From the NCBI GenBank assembly GCA_965203905.1, contig CBDBDQ010000005.1, positions 416,001 through 480,000 of the forward strand: a stretch of DNA of 64,000 bases, read 5' to 3'. The DNA is from Spirochaetia bacterium. GTDB taxonomy: Bacteria > Spirochaetota > Spirochaetia > SZUA-6 > Bin103. Shown here one piece after another: positions 20,512 to 29,479 of this stretch. The notes below the pieces were generated by a model. It ran no database searches. It saw only the letters and a list, made by a program, of their open reading frames with translations, and had not been told where the DNA came from. Positions within the stretch are counted from its first letter, which is position 1, and each line of letters starts with the position of its first letter. Position numbers and translations under genes: made by a program.

Positions 20512-21393
20512 ATGGCGCCCAAGAAGATCGATCCCCGCATCTATGACCTGTACGACGACTACACGCACAGTCGCATCAGTCGCAGGCAGTTCCTGTCGCG
20601 CTCGGCGGCCATCACGGTCGGCGGAGTATCGGCGCTGGCGATGGCGCAGGCACTGCTGCCGCGCTACGCCGAAGCGCAGACCATCTCGTTCAACGACCAG
20701 CGCATCAAGGCGCGCTACGTCGACTACCCCTCGCCGGGTGGCACCTCCGGCGAGATGCGCGGCTACCTGGTGCAGCCGACCAACGACGGCCCGTTCCCCG
20801 CGGTATTGGTGATTCATGAGAACCGCGGCCTCAATCCCTACATCGAGGATGTCGCACGCCGCGCCGCGGTAGCCGGATTCCTGGCCCTTGCGCCGGACGG
20901 CCTGGCGCCGATCGGCGGCTATCCGGGCAACGACGACGACGGCCGCGCCATGCAGCGCTCCCTGGATCAGCAGGAGTTGCGCCAGGACATCGTCAACAGC
21001 GCCCACTACCTGAAGAACCACGAGCTGTGCACCGGCAAGCTGGGGGCGGTCGGTTTCTGCTGGGGTGGCGGCATGGTGAACGTGCTGGCGGTCAGGCTCG
21101 GCGCCGACCTCGACGCCGGCGTGCCGTTCTACGGACCCGCGCCGCCCACCGGGGAGGTGGGCAACATCCAGGCGCCGCTGCTGATCCACTACGCGGAAAC
21201 CGACAACTTCGTGAACCGGGGACGCTCCGCCTACGAGGACGCCCTCAAGGAACACGGCAAGAACTACCAGATGGTCAGCTATGCCGGCACCCGTCACGGT
21301 TTCCACAACAACTCCACGCCCCGCTACGACGAGGCAGCCGCCGACCTGGCGTGGGAACGCAGCGTCGCGTTCTTCAAGCAGCACCTCGGCTGA
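20512..21393 (+). CDS. Dienelactone hydrolase family protein (YghX-like)
   Basis: 'YDDYTH..ISRRQF', 'HENRGLNPYIEDVARR', 'GFCWGG', 'HGFHN.STPRYD'. Confidence 0.9.
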   Translation: MAPKKIDPRIYDLYDDYTHSRISRRQFLSRSAAITVGGVSALAMAQALLPRYAEAQTISFNDQRIKARYVDYPSPGGTSGEMRGYLVQPTNDGPFPAVLVIHENRGLNPYIEDVARRAAVAGFLALAPDGLAPIGGYPGNDDDGRAMQRSLDQQELRQDIVNSAHYLKNHELCTGKLGAVGFCWGGGMVNVLAVRLGADLDAGVPFYGPAPPTGEVGNIQAPLLIHYAETDNFVNRGRSAYEDALKEHGKNYQMVSYAGTRHGFHNNSTPRYDEAAADLAWERSVAFFKQHLG

Positions 21394-21398
21394 CCGCC

Positions 21399-22475
21399 GT
21401 GGATCACGTCACGATCGCTCGCAACGACGGTCTCTACGAGGCGTTCCCCGACCTCTGCCTGCTGCCGGGCGGCAAGCTGCTGTGCCTGTACCGGGAAGCG
21501 GACGTCCACGTCGCCAGCACCTCGCGGGTCGTCTTGGCCGAGAGCGAAGACCGCGGCCACACCTGGACCAACTTCCGTACCTTCGACCGGCCGCGCACCT
21601 TTGCCGAGCACCGTTCGGTGTGGAACGCTCCCCGCATCGGCCTGCTGCCCGACGGCCGGGTGGTGGCCAACTTCGACGCCTTCGTGTTCCCCGACGAGGC
21701 GGACTCCTGGAACTGGCCGCAGAGCCGCACCTGCAACCATACCTTCCTCTGGTTCAGCGAGGACCAGGGCCGCACCTGGAGCGACCCGCAACTGACCGAG
21801 GTGCAGGGCATCTGCCCGGACAAGGTACGGGTCCTCGGCGACCGCCACTGGCTGATGGTCAGCTCGCACTGGAGCATCCGCTTTCCCGGCGCCTTTCGCG
21901 TGCACGCCGCGCACTCCTTCGACGGCGGCCGCACCTGGCCGCTGAGCGCGCTGGTGGCCGAGCAGGCCGGCCTGCAGCACGACGAGCCGGCCGTGGTCCG
22001 CCTGCCCGACGGGCGCCTGCTGTGCGTCATGCGCGAGAACGTGCACATCAACCGACCGTCGCACTACGTGCTGTCCAGCGACGAGGGGCGCACCTGGTCC
22101 ACCCCGCGGCCGACTCCGTTTTTCGCCGATCGGCCCGCCGCTGGATCGCTGGCCGGCGGCCGCCTGCTGGTGACCTACCGCAACGTGGAACCGGCTCCCG
22201 ACGAGCGCACGATGCGCAGAGGGCGCAATCCCGGCACCTGGGCCTGGCTCGGCGACCTGGCCGGGCTCACCGGAGAGGGCGGTGAGTCACGCTTCCTGGA
22301 ACTGGAGCACGATTCATGCGAGAGCCCGGGCGACTACGGCTACAGCGGCTGGGTGCAGTTCGACGACGGCGAGATCTTCTGCGCGTACCATCACCGCGAC
22401 GCCGCGCCCCACTCGTACCTCCGCGGCTGCTGGTTCCGGGAGGATGACTTCACGGAGAGGCCTGCTGACGGGTGA
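21399..22475 (+). CDS. Sialidase-family (BNR/Asp-box) protein
   Basis: Asp boxes SEDRGHTW, SEDQGRTW, SFDGGRTW, SSDEGRTW; paralog of 19309-20340; GTG start inferred. Confidence 0.8.
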   Translation: MDHVTIARNDGLYEAFPDLCLLPGGKLLCLYREADVHVASTSRVVLAESEDRGHTWTNFRTFDRPRTFAEHRSVWNAPRIGLLPDGRVVANFDAFVFPDEADSWNWPQSRTCNHTFLWFSEDQGRTWSDPQLTEVQGICPDKVRVLGDRHWLMVSSHWSIRFPGAFRVHAAHSFDGGRTWPLSALVAEQAGLQHDEPAVVRLPDGRLLCVMRENVHINRPSHYVLSSDEGRTWSTPRPTPFFADRPAAGSLAGGRLLVTYRNVEPAPDERTMRRGRNPGTWAWLGDLAGLTGEGGESRFLELEHDSCESPGDYGYSGWVQFDDGEIFCAYHHRDAAPHSYLRGCWFREDDFTERPADG

Positions 22476-22490
22476 TCGCTACACCGCGGC

Positions 22491-22783
22491 TTATTCTCGG
22501 AGCAATCGTCGCAGGAGGATGTCCTCGACGTTGCGCCTGCCGTCGATGACGGCGAGTACGTACACTTGTCCCTGGTCGATCCGGTAGAACAGACGCCACG
22601 GCGCGATTACGAGCTCTCGGTAGCGGCCTATGTTGTGCCACGAGGTTGGGAGGCCAGTCTTGTGACTGCATCATCGACCCGATCCGCGAACCTGAGCGCG
22701 GCGCTCGGTGAATCCAGCCGCAACCAGTCGACGACATCCTGGATGTCGCCGAGCGCAGGCCGCGCCCAGATGATGCCGCTCAC
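22491..22783 (-). pseudogene. RelE/ParE-family toxin, frameshifted
   Basis: Reads VSGIIWARPALGDIQDVVDWLRLDSPSAA..LASQPR, then continues in another frame as GRYRELVIAPWRLFYRID..VLAVIDGRRNVEDILLRRLL; 293 nt long. Confidence 0.8.
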
Positions 22784-23058
22784 GCGGTGGTCAGACGCCT
22801 CCGCAGCTCGCCCATCACCTCCTCGTGCGTCGTGACATCGTCGAGCTCAATCGACCGTTCGCTCTGCGAGATCAGCTTCAGGATGGCCAAGGCATCCACC
22901 ATCTCCTGGTAGCTGCGAGGATCGACGAGCACGCCCCGCGCCTCGCCGTTTTGAGTGATCACGATCGGCTTGTGGGTCTCGTTGATCTGACGAATAAGGG
23001 CGGCGGCGTTGCTCTTGACATGGGAAATGGGGCGAACGGCTGTTCTAATGTCTACCAT
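22780..23058 (-). CDS. Phd/YefM-family antitoxin
   Basis: 'RPISHVKSNAAALIRQINETHKPIVITQNGEARGVL'. Confidence 0.9.
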   Translation of the reverse strand: MVDIRTAVRPISHVKSNAAALIRQINETHKPIVITQNGEARGVLVDPRSYQEMVDALAILKLISQSERSIELDDVTTHEEVMGELRRRLTTA

Positions 23059-23153
23059 CGTGACCTCGGATCCAAAAAAGGTGCCATGAAAAGACTGGCA
23101 TGGCAACCGTTCCTACAGCCCTACAGCCGCGCTGAAGACAGTCGCGTTCCCGC

Positions 23154-24200
23154 TCAGCTCACCGTCACGCCGACCAGCGCTCCAGCCTCGACGACCGTCT
23201 GCCAGACGTCGTCCTCGATCGGGATGCCGTCGCGGCGGCGGGCGGCGCGGGTGCGCGCCTCGGGGTCGCCCGGAACCAGCACCTCGGCGAATCCCGGCGC
23301 CGGCGGTACCGCACGGATGCGCTCGGCGAACCCTGCCGAACCCGTCTCGAACTGGTCCAGGGGCTGAAACAGGTCGGCCTTGATGGCGATCATCGTGGCT
23401 CCCTCGTGGCGCACGATCCCGCCGCGGCCCGGGTCGGCGAAGGCGTCGGCGCCGGCGAAGATCCGGCCCAGGTATTCCACCATCAGCATGATGGCGTAGC
23501 CCTTGTGGCCGCCGAACGGCGCGTGACCGCCGCCGGCGAAGAACTCGCGCGGATCGTCGGTCGGGCTGCCGTGCCGGTCGACGATGTAGCCGTGCTCCAG
23601 CTTCTGCCCGCGTCGCTCGGCATTGGTCACCTTGACCCCGGCGGTGGCCGAGGTGGCGAAGTCGAACATCAACGGATGGTCGGCCACGCCGGTGGGAAAG
23701 GCCACCGCCAGCGGATTGGTGTGCAGCAGCTTCTCGGCGCCGCCGTAGGGCACCGCCGCGGGATCCGCCACGCCCTGGCCGGCGGCGAGCGCCAGGCCGA
23801 TCATGCCCCGCTCGGCGGCCATCTCCACGTAGTGCCCCAGGCGGCCGATGTGATGCTTCTGCACCACGGAGGTCACCGCCATGCCGTGCTCCGCGGCCTT
23901 GGCAATCGCCGCCTCCATGGCGTAGGCGCCGACCGGGTGACCGAAGCCCCAGTTGCCGCTGATCAGCGCACTGCCCGGAGTTTCCTGCAGAATCTCGGGG
24001 TGCGCGGCGGGCACGATCGAACCCTCCTGCACCTCCTCCACGTAGCGGCACAGGTGCCACACGCCGTGGGAGTCCACACCGCTCAGGTTGGCGCGCACCA
24101 GGTGGGCGGCGACAGCGTCGGCGTTGTCCTGGTCGGCGCCCACCGCCAGCAGCACGCGCCGCACCAAGGCGTACAGATCGCCTTCAGCCTTATAGACCAT
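23154..24200 (-). CDS. Ldh_2-family oxidoreductase (malate/L-lactate/ureidoglycolate dehydrogenase-like)
   Basis: 'GVDSHG', 'HIGRLGHY', 'TNPLA', 'DFATSA', 'GGHKGY'. Confidence 0.9.
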   Translation of the reverse strand: MVYKAEGDLYALVRRVLLAVGADQDNADAVAAHLVRANLSGVDSHGVWHLCRYVEEVQEGSIVPAAHPEILQETPGSALISGNWGFGHPVGAYAMEAAIAKAAEHGMAVTSVVQKHHIGRLGHYVEMAAERGMIGLALAAGQGVADPAAVPYGGAEKLLHTNPLAVAFPTGVADHPLMFDFATSATAGVKVTNAERRGQKLEHGYIVDRHGSPTDDPREFFAGGGHAPFGGHKGYAIMLMVEYLGRIFAGADAFADPGRGGIVRHEGATMIAIKADLFQPLDQFETGSAGFAERIRAVPPAPGFAEVLVPGDPEARTRAARRRDGIPIEDDVWQTVVEAGALVGVTVS

Positions 24201-24206
24201 GCCAGC

Positions 24207-24950
24207 CTACCCCGCCGCCTCGGCGTGGCCGGTAACCCAATCGACGAACTTCCGGCGCATGATCGGCGAAAAGGCGTGCCCCACCTCCGGGTCCACGAAG
24301 TGCTCGGCCTGCCCGCCGCGGGCATTGATCAGCCGCACCGTCTCCGCGTTGGTGGCCGCCGGGCAGTCGGTGTCGAGACCGCCGTCGATGAACAGCACCG
24401 GCCGGTGGATGAACCGGTCCGGATGCGACTGGGTGGCATATTCCGCGCACCAGTCGTCGCACCAGGTACCCTGCTGCGCCTGGCGGCACCACTCGTCGGC
24501 CTGGAAGAAGCTGGAACGCCCGACCACCGACACCATCGACACGTACGCCTGGTTCTCGGCGAACACCATCTGCGCGATCAGGCCGCCCATCGAGGTGCCG
24601 GTCACCTGCGGCTGCCGGGCTGAGCTGAAGGGCAGGGCCATGGCCGCCTCCAGCAGCCCCGCCGCCTCCCGGCGGGTCCGGTCCATGGCCTGACACACGA
24701 AGGCCCAGCCGTTGAACCGGGCGCGAAACCAGGCATCGGTCCTGCGCTCGCCGTGCTCGTGGCAGTCGGGGGCCACGATCAGGAAGCCGGCCGACGCCAG
24801 TTGCACGAGGGACTGGTCCGGGCTCTCGACCGTCCCCTTGCTGCCGGTCCAGCCATGGTAGTGCACCACCACGGGAGCCGCGCCCAGGCGCGTGTCGCGC
24901 AGCACGATGCAGGGAATCCCCGCAATCTCTTGTCTCGCGATCTCGATCAT
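24207..24950 (-). CDS. Alpha/beta hydrolase (esterase, YjfP-like)
   Basis: 'YHGWT', 'HGER', 'GTSMGG', 'GH' catalytic His. Confidence 0.8.
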   Translation of the reverse strand: MIEIARQEIAGIPCIVLRDTRLGAAPVVVHYHGWTGSKGTVESPDQSLVQLASAGFLIVAPDCHEHGERRTDAWFRARFNGWAFVCQAMDRTRREAAGLLEAAMALPFSSARQPQVTGTSMGGLIAQMVFAENQAYVSMVSVVGRSSFFQADEWCRQAQQGTWCDDWCAEYATQSHPDRFIHRPVLFIDGGLDTDCPAATNAETVRLINARGGQAEHFVDPEVGHAFSPIMRRKFVDWVTGHAEAAG

Positions 24951-24997
24951 CGCCTGGCAGACTGGCACAACCGCCAGTGACCGTCTACCTTTGCGGG

Positions 24998-25456
24998 ATG
25001 CTGATCCGGCGCGCGCAACGCGAAGACCTCGAGGCGATCTGCGCGGTCGACGCGCGCGCCTTCGGCACCGGGCCCTACGCCGCGGCCCGCGACCGCGCCG
25101 GCGACGCCGCCTGGCGCGACCAGCGCCGCGCCGAGATCACCTCGTGGTACCGCGACCACTACCGCGAGACCTTCGTCGCCATCGTCGACCGCCGCGTCGT
25201 GGGACTGGCCGGCTACCGGCCGGTCGCGGGCAGCACCGGGGTGATCCACAACAACGCGGTGGATCCCGACTACCAGGGCCGGGGCATCAGCACCCGGCTG
25301 GTGCGGCGGGTGATCGAGGAGCTGAAGGCGCTGGGAGTGGCGCGGATCGAGGTCGTCACCGCCCACGTCCCGGCCGCCCTCCACCTGTACCGGAAGGTGG
25401 GGTTCACGATCCGCGACCGGCGCGGCGCGCACCACATCCTGGACCAGGAGGTCTGA
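24998..25456 (+). CDS. GNAT-family N-acetyltransferase
   Basis: 'AVDPDYQGRGIS', 'ALHLYRKVGF'. Confidence 0.85.
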   Translation: MLIRRAQREDLEAICAVDARAFGTGPYAAARDRAGDAAWRDQRRAEITSWYRDHYRETFVAIVDRRVVGLAGYRPVAGSTGVIHNNAVDPDYQGRGISTRLVRRVIEELKALGVARIEVVTAHVPAALHLYRKVGFTIRDRRGAHHILDQEV

Positions 25457-25708
25457 GAACCGGCCCACGCCATGCTGCCGGCCGACGATCCCGAAGAAAA
25501 TCCCAGAAAGTTGCAGGAAATCACTTGACGCTTTTTCACCCGCTCATGGCGGCCTTCCATGGGCCGTTCCGGCGCCTCCGACTCTCCAGAGAACACTTGA
25601 CGCCCGCTGGCTCGACAGCGCGCTGCTACGCTCGTCCTGAAGCCTCTCCGACGCCCGTCCGAGACCTGACAGATCATGGTAGTTTCAATCTAATGGTATA
25701 TTTACGCC

Positions 25709-27256
25709 ATGACTAACGTGACCATATCAGCCTCCGAAGAGCTCTTCTCCACCGTGGCCGCGCTCCCCGATCAGGTGTTGCTGGAGCAGACCAGGATGCT
25801 CGCCCGCCACGAGCAGGCGCTGCAACTCAGCGTCCTCGACCACCTGCGCGAGATCGAGGCCCGTCGCCTCTATCTGCACCTCGGCTACTCCAGCCTGTTC
25901 GACTACACCGTGCGCGAGCTGCACTATACCGAGGCAGCCGCCTGGCGGCGTATCAAGGCCATGCGCCTGTGCCGTGAGACCCGCGGCGTCCGCGAGCGGC
26001 TGCAGGACGGCTCGCTGAACCTGAGCAACGCCGCCCTGTTGCAGAACTCCTTCGAGCGCTGGGAGCGCAGTGGAGGCGGTCCGGTCGCTGCCGGATCGGC
26101 GGGAGCCGGACAGGGCGCCGCGGAATCGGCGACAGCCGGCACCAACGCCGCGCCGCGCGCCGGCTCGGCTCCCGCGGCGGCGCCCGGCGAGGCGGCGGGT
26201 GCGCCCTTGCCGGTGCTGGATGCGCACGCCCGGCAAGAGCTGGTGGAGCGCGCGATGGGCAAGAGCACGCGGCAGGTGCAACAGATGCTGGCCGAGGTGG
26301 ATCCCGAGGCGGCTGCGCCCGCCGAGCGGCTGCGCGCGCTGGGGGACGGGCGCTGGGAGTTGAAGGCGGTGATCGACGCCGAATGCCAGCGCGGACTGCA
26401 GCAGTTGCGGGAGCTGCTGTCGCACGTGGATCCACACCTGACGGTCGGGCAACTCGTCGGGCGGCTGGTGCGGGAGGGAGTGGAGCGCTACGACCCGAGC
26501 CGACCCCCGCGCCGGAAGCGGAGGAAGTCCGATCCTGCCGGTGATGAGTGTTCCGCGGAGACAGCGGGACGGGAGACGGCAGATCGCGTTGCCGCTGCGG
26601 CGGAGAACCCGCGCCGGGCCGGGAAGTCTGCGGCGCCGACGACCTCCCCGTCCGCACCTAACCGATCCGTGAAGCCGACGGCAGTGGGCACTTCGCCGGC
26701 CGTCTTGCCAGCAGGCGGAGGCTCTGGGGAAGCTTCGCCCAAGAGAGGCCTCGGGCCGCCGCCGGGCAGCCGTACTCCGGCGCCGAGATACGTAGCGCCG
26801 CGTGCAGAGCGCGCCGGGAGCGCCGGCGATGCGGTGGCGACAGAGCCGACTTCGGCGCCGAAGGTCCGCGTGGCAGCCGGCAGTTCGATCGCGGTTCCGA
26901 GCTCCCACAGCGCGGGATCGGCGGAGCAGACTTCGGCGGCGAAGCTTGACGGGGCCGGCGGCGCGGGATCGACCGCGCGGACTGCGGCGGCGAAGTCAGG
27001 AAAGTCGTCCGGCAGATTGATTCCGGCTGCGGTCAGGCGCGAGGTTTGGCGGCGGGATTCAGGCTGCTGCAGCTACGTCGACCGGCATACCGGGAGGCGC
27101 TGCGGCTCGCGCTTCTTCCTGGAGATCGACCACATCGTGCCGGTCGCGCGGGGCGGCGGCGCGGAGGCGGGGAATTTGAGGCTCCGCTGTGCGGCTCATC
27201 ACCGTTACCGGCACGGTCGGCGGCAGCGCTCCGCGCCGCGAGACTCGGTGACGTGA
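25709..27256 (+). CDS. DUF222-like N-terminal domain + low-complexity linker + HNH endonuclease
   Basis: N-term 'HLREIEARRLYLHLGYSSLFDY...AWRRIKAMRL'; C-term 'IPAAVRREVWRRD..C..C..LEIDHIVP..GG..NLRLRCAAHH'. Confidence 0.85.
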   Translation: MTNVTISASEELFSTVAALPDQVLLEQTRMLARHEQALQLSVLDHLREIEARRLYLHLGYSSLFDYTVRELHYTEAAAWRRIKAMRLCRETRGVRERLQDGSLNLSNAALLQNSFERWERSGGGPVAAGSAGAGQGAAESATAGTNAAPRAGSAPAAAPGEAAGAPLPVLDAHARQELVERAMGKSTRQVQQMLAEVDPEAAAPAERLRALGDGRWELKAVIDAECQRGLQQLRELLSHVDPHLTVGQLVGRLVREGVERYDPSRPPRRKRRKSDPAGDECSAETAGRETADRVAAAAENPRRAGKSAAPTTSPSAPNRSVKPTAVGTSPAVLPAGGGSGEASPKRGLGPPPGSRTPAPRYVAPRAERAGSAGDAVATEPTSAPKVRVAAGSSIAVPSSHSAGSAEQTSAAKLDGAGGAGSTARTAAAKSGKSSGRLIPAAVRREVWRRDSGCCSYVDRHTGRRCGSRFFLEIDHIVPVARGGGAEAGNLRLRCAAHHRYRHGRRQRSAPRDSVT

Positions 27257-27532
27257 GCAAAATGGCAGCGCCGGAGATCGGCTCAGCGCGCGACACATCT
27301 CCTGGGCGCCGAGCCGCGGGCGCCGGGTGTCGCAGCGCTGGTGGCTGTACACGCTGTGGCGTTCGTGTGTGGACTCTTCGCGTGGCAATGCGCCGCCGCC
27401 ATCGCCTCCAGGGTCAATGACTTCCTCCTGCCGCGTTCGGCGTTCGCAGCGCCCGAGCACCCGGAGCGCCCTCGGCTTGACACCGGTCCGGCGCCGCTCT
27501 AGGCTCGCCACGCTGCGAACCGGGCGCAGCCC

Positions 27533-28510
27533 ATGAGTGCAAGTTCTCCCATGAGTACGCAGACCGCATCGACAGCTACCTCGAACACGCTGCACGGTTC
27601 CGGCAGGATCGCGGACATCCGCAAGCGGGTACGGCGGCACCGGCAGCTCTACCTGGTGGTGTTTTTCCCGCTTGCATTCGTGGTGGTGTTCCGCTACCTG
27701 CCGATGTACGGGCTGCAGCTCGCATTCAAGGACTTTCTGATCCTGGACGGAATCTGGGGCAGTCCATGGGTCGGATTCCGGCACTTCGAACTGTTCTTCA
27801 AGTCCTACCACTTCAACCGCCTGCTGTCCAATACCATCGGCCTCAGCGTGTACAGCATCGTGGCCGGGTTGCTGCCGCCGATTCTGATCGCAATCGCGCT
27901 CAACGAGACCCGCAACGTCATGTTCAAAAAGAGCGTGCAGATGGCGGTCTACGCACCCTATTTTCTCTCCACCGTGATCGTCACCAGCATGCTGATCCAG
28001 ATTCTTTCGATCAGCGGCATCGTCAATCAGTTCATCGAACTCTTCGGGCTGCCGCCGATACAGTTTCTCGGCGAACCGCGCTCATTCAAGTCGATCTACG
28101 TGTGGTCCGGAGTGTGGCAGTACTCCGGTTATGGAGCGGTGATCTACCTGGCTGCCCTGGCCGGCATCAATCCGGAACTGTATGAGTCTGCCCGTGTCGA
28201 CGGCGTTTCCAAGTGGCAGCAGATCCGCTACATCGACATTCCCGGCATCCTGCCGGTGGCGATCATCCTGCTGATCCTGGAGACCGGACGCGTGTTCGAC
28301 GTCGGTTTCGAGAAGGTGCTGCTGCTGCAGAACCCGATGAACATGAGCTCCTCGGACGTCATCGACACCTTCGTCTATCGCCAGGGCCTGGTCAACTTCG
28401 AGTACTCCTACTCCACCGCCGTCAACCTGTTCAAGTCGGTTGCCAATCTGATCCTGCTCAGTGCCGTGAACTGGGTAGCGCGGCGCTACAGCGAGACCAG
28501 CCTGTGGTAA
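27533..28510 (+). CDS. Carbohydrate ABC transporter permease (LplB-like)
   Basis: 'YLPMYG', 'SPWVG', 'ELYESARVDG'; start may be 27551. Confidence 0.9.
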   Translation: MSASSPMSTQTASTATSNTLHGSGRIADIRKRVRRHRQLYLVVFFPLAFVVVFRYLPMYGLQLAFKDFLILDGIWGSPWVGFRHFELFFKSYHFNRLLSNTIGLSVYSIVAGLLPPILIAIALNETRNVMFKKSVQMAVYAPYFLSTVIVTSMLIQILSISGIVNQFIELFGLPPIQFLGEPRSFKSIYVWSGVWQYSGYGAVIYLAALAGINPELYESARVDGVSKWQQIRYIDIPGILPVAIILLILETGRVFDVGFEKVLLLQNPMNMSSSDVIDTFVYRQGLVNFEYSYSTAVNLFKSVANLILLSAVNWVARRYSETSLW

Positions 28511-29415
28511 GCTTGCCGGGCCGCCGTCAGCGGGTGCGGGTCGGCTTCACCGACCGCGTCTTCTACCTCGTCATCGGCCTGTTCCTGCTCGTTTGTTTCG
28601 TCGTCGTGATCCTGCCGCTGGCCAACGTGCTGAGCAATTCGCTGAGCTCCGCAACCGCGGTGGCGCGCGGCGTGGTGTGGCTGGTGCCGGTCGAGTTCAC
28701 CCTGGGTTCCTACCTGCGCATCCTCGAGGACGGGCAGATGCTGCGCGGGATGTACAACTCCCTGTTCTACACCACCATCGGCACCGTCCTGAACGTGACC
28801 CTGACCATCATGGCGGCCTATCCGCTGGCCCGGAAGACCTTTTACGGCAGGAAGTTGATCACCATCATCCTGGCCTTCACGCTGCTTTTTTCCGGTGGCA
28901 TCGTGCCGCGGTTCCTGATGGTCAAGTCGCTTGGCATGGTCGATACGCGATGGGCCATGATTCTGCCGGAGGCGGTGCTGGTGTGGTATGTGATCATCGC
29001 CCGTACCTTTCTGCAGAACACCATTCCGCAGGAGCTGTACGACGCCGCCGAGATCGACGGTGCCAGCGACGTGCGCATCATCACCAGCGTCGTAGTACCC
29101 CTGTCCGGGCCCATCGTCGCGGTGTTGAGCCTGTTCTACGCGGTAGTCCACTGGAACCGCTACTTCGACGCCCTGATCTTCCTGAAGTCGGAGCACCTGT
29201 GGAATCTTCAGCTCGTGTTGCGCAACATCATCATGAGCGCCGCCAGGCTGATCGGCGAGGAGCAGGACATCGGCAATGCCATGCTGATACAGGAGCAGAT
29301 CGAGGTGATGAAGTACGCCGTGATCGTATTTGCCGCAGTGCCCATCATGCTGCTGTATCCGTTCGTGCAACGCTATTTCATCAAGGGAATCATGATCGGT
29401 TCGCTCAAGGGATGA
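28504..29415 (+). CDS. Carbohydrate ABC transporter permease (LplC-like)
   Basis: 'FSGGIVP', 'ELYDAAEIDGAS', 'YPFVQRYFIKGIMIGSLKG'; start inferred. Confidence 0.9.
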   Translation: MVSLPGRRQRVRVGFTDRVFYLVIGLFLLVCFVVVILPLANVLSNSLSSATAVARGVVWLVPVEFTLGSYLRILEDGQMLRGMYNSLFYTTIGTVLNVTLTIMAAYPLARKTFYGRKLITIILAFTLLFSGGIVPRFLMVKSLGMVDTRWAMILPEAVLVWYVIIARTFLQNTIPQELYDAAEIDGASDVRIITSVVVPLSGPIVAVLSLFYAVVHWNRYFDALIFLKSEHLWNLQLVLRNIIMSAARLIGEEQDIGNAMLIQEQIEVMKYAVIVFAAVPIMLLYPFVQRYFIKGIMIGSLKG

Positions 29416-29479
29416 GTCGAATTCGCACCCGACCGGAGAGAAGGCCGCGAACAACGGCGAGCCTTCCAAGGAGGAGAAT

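Noticed and set aside
19309-21384. 691-aa ORF and other long antisense ORFs (e.g. 33374-36043)
   Set aside because: Shadow frames typical of high-GC codon usage; only the portions with family motifs were kept
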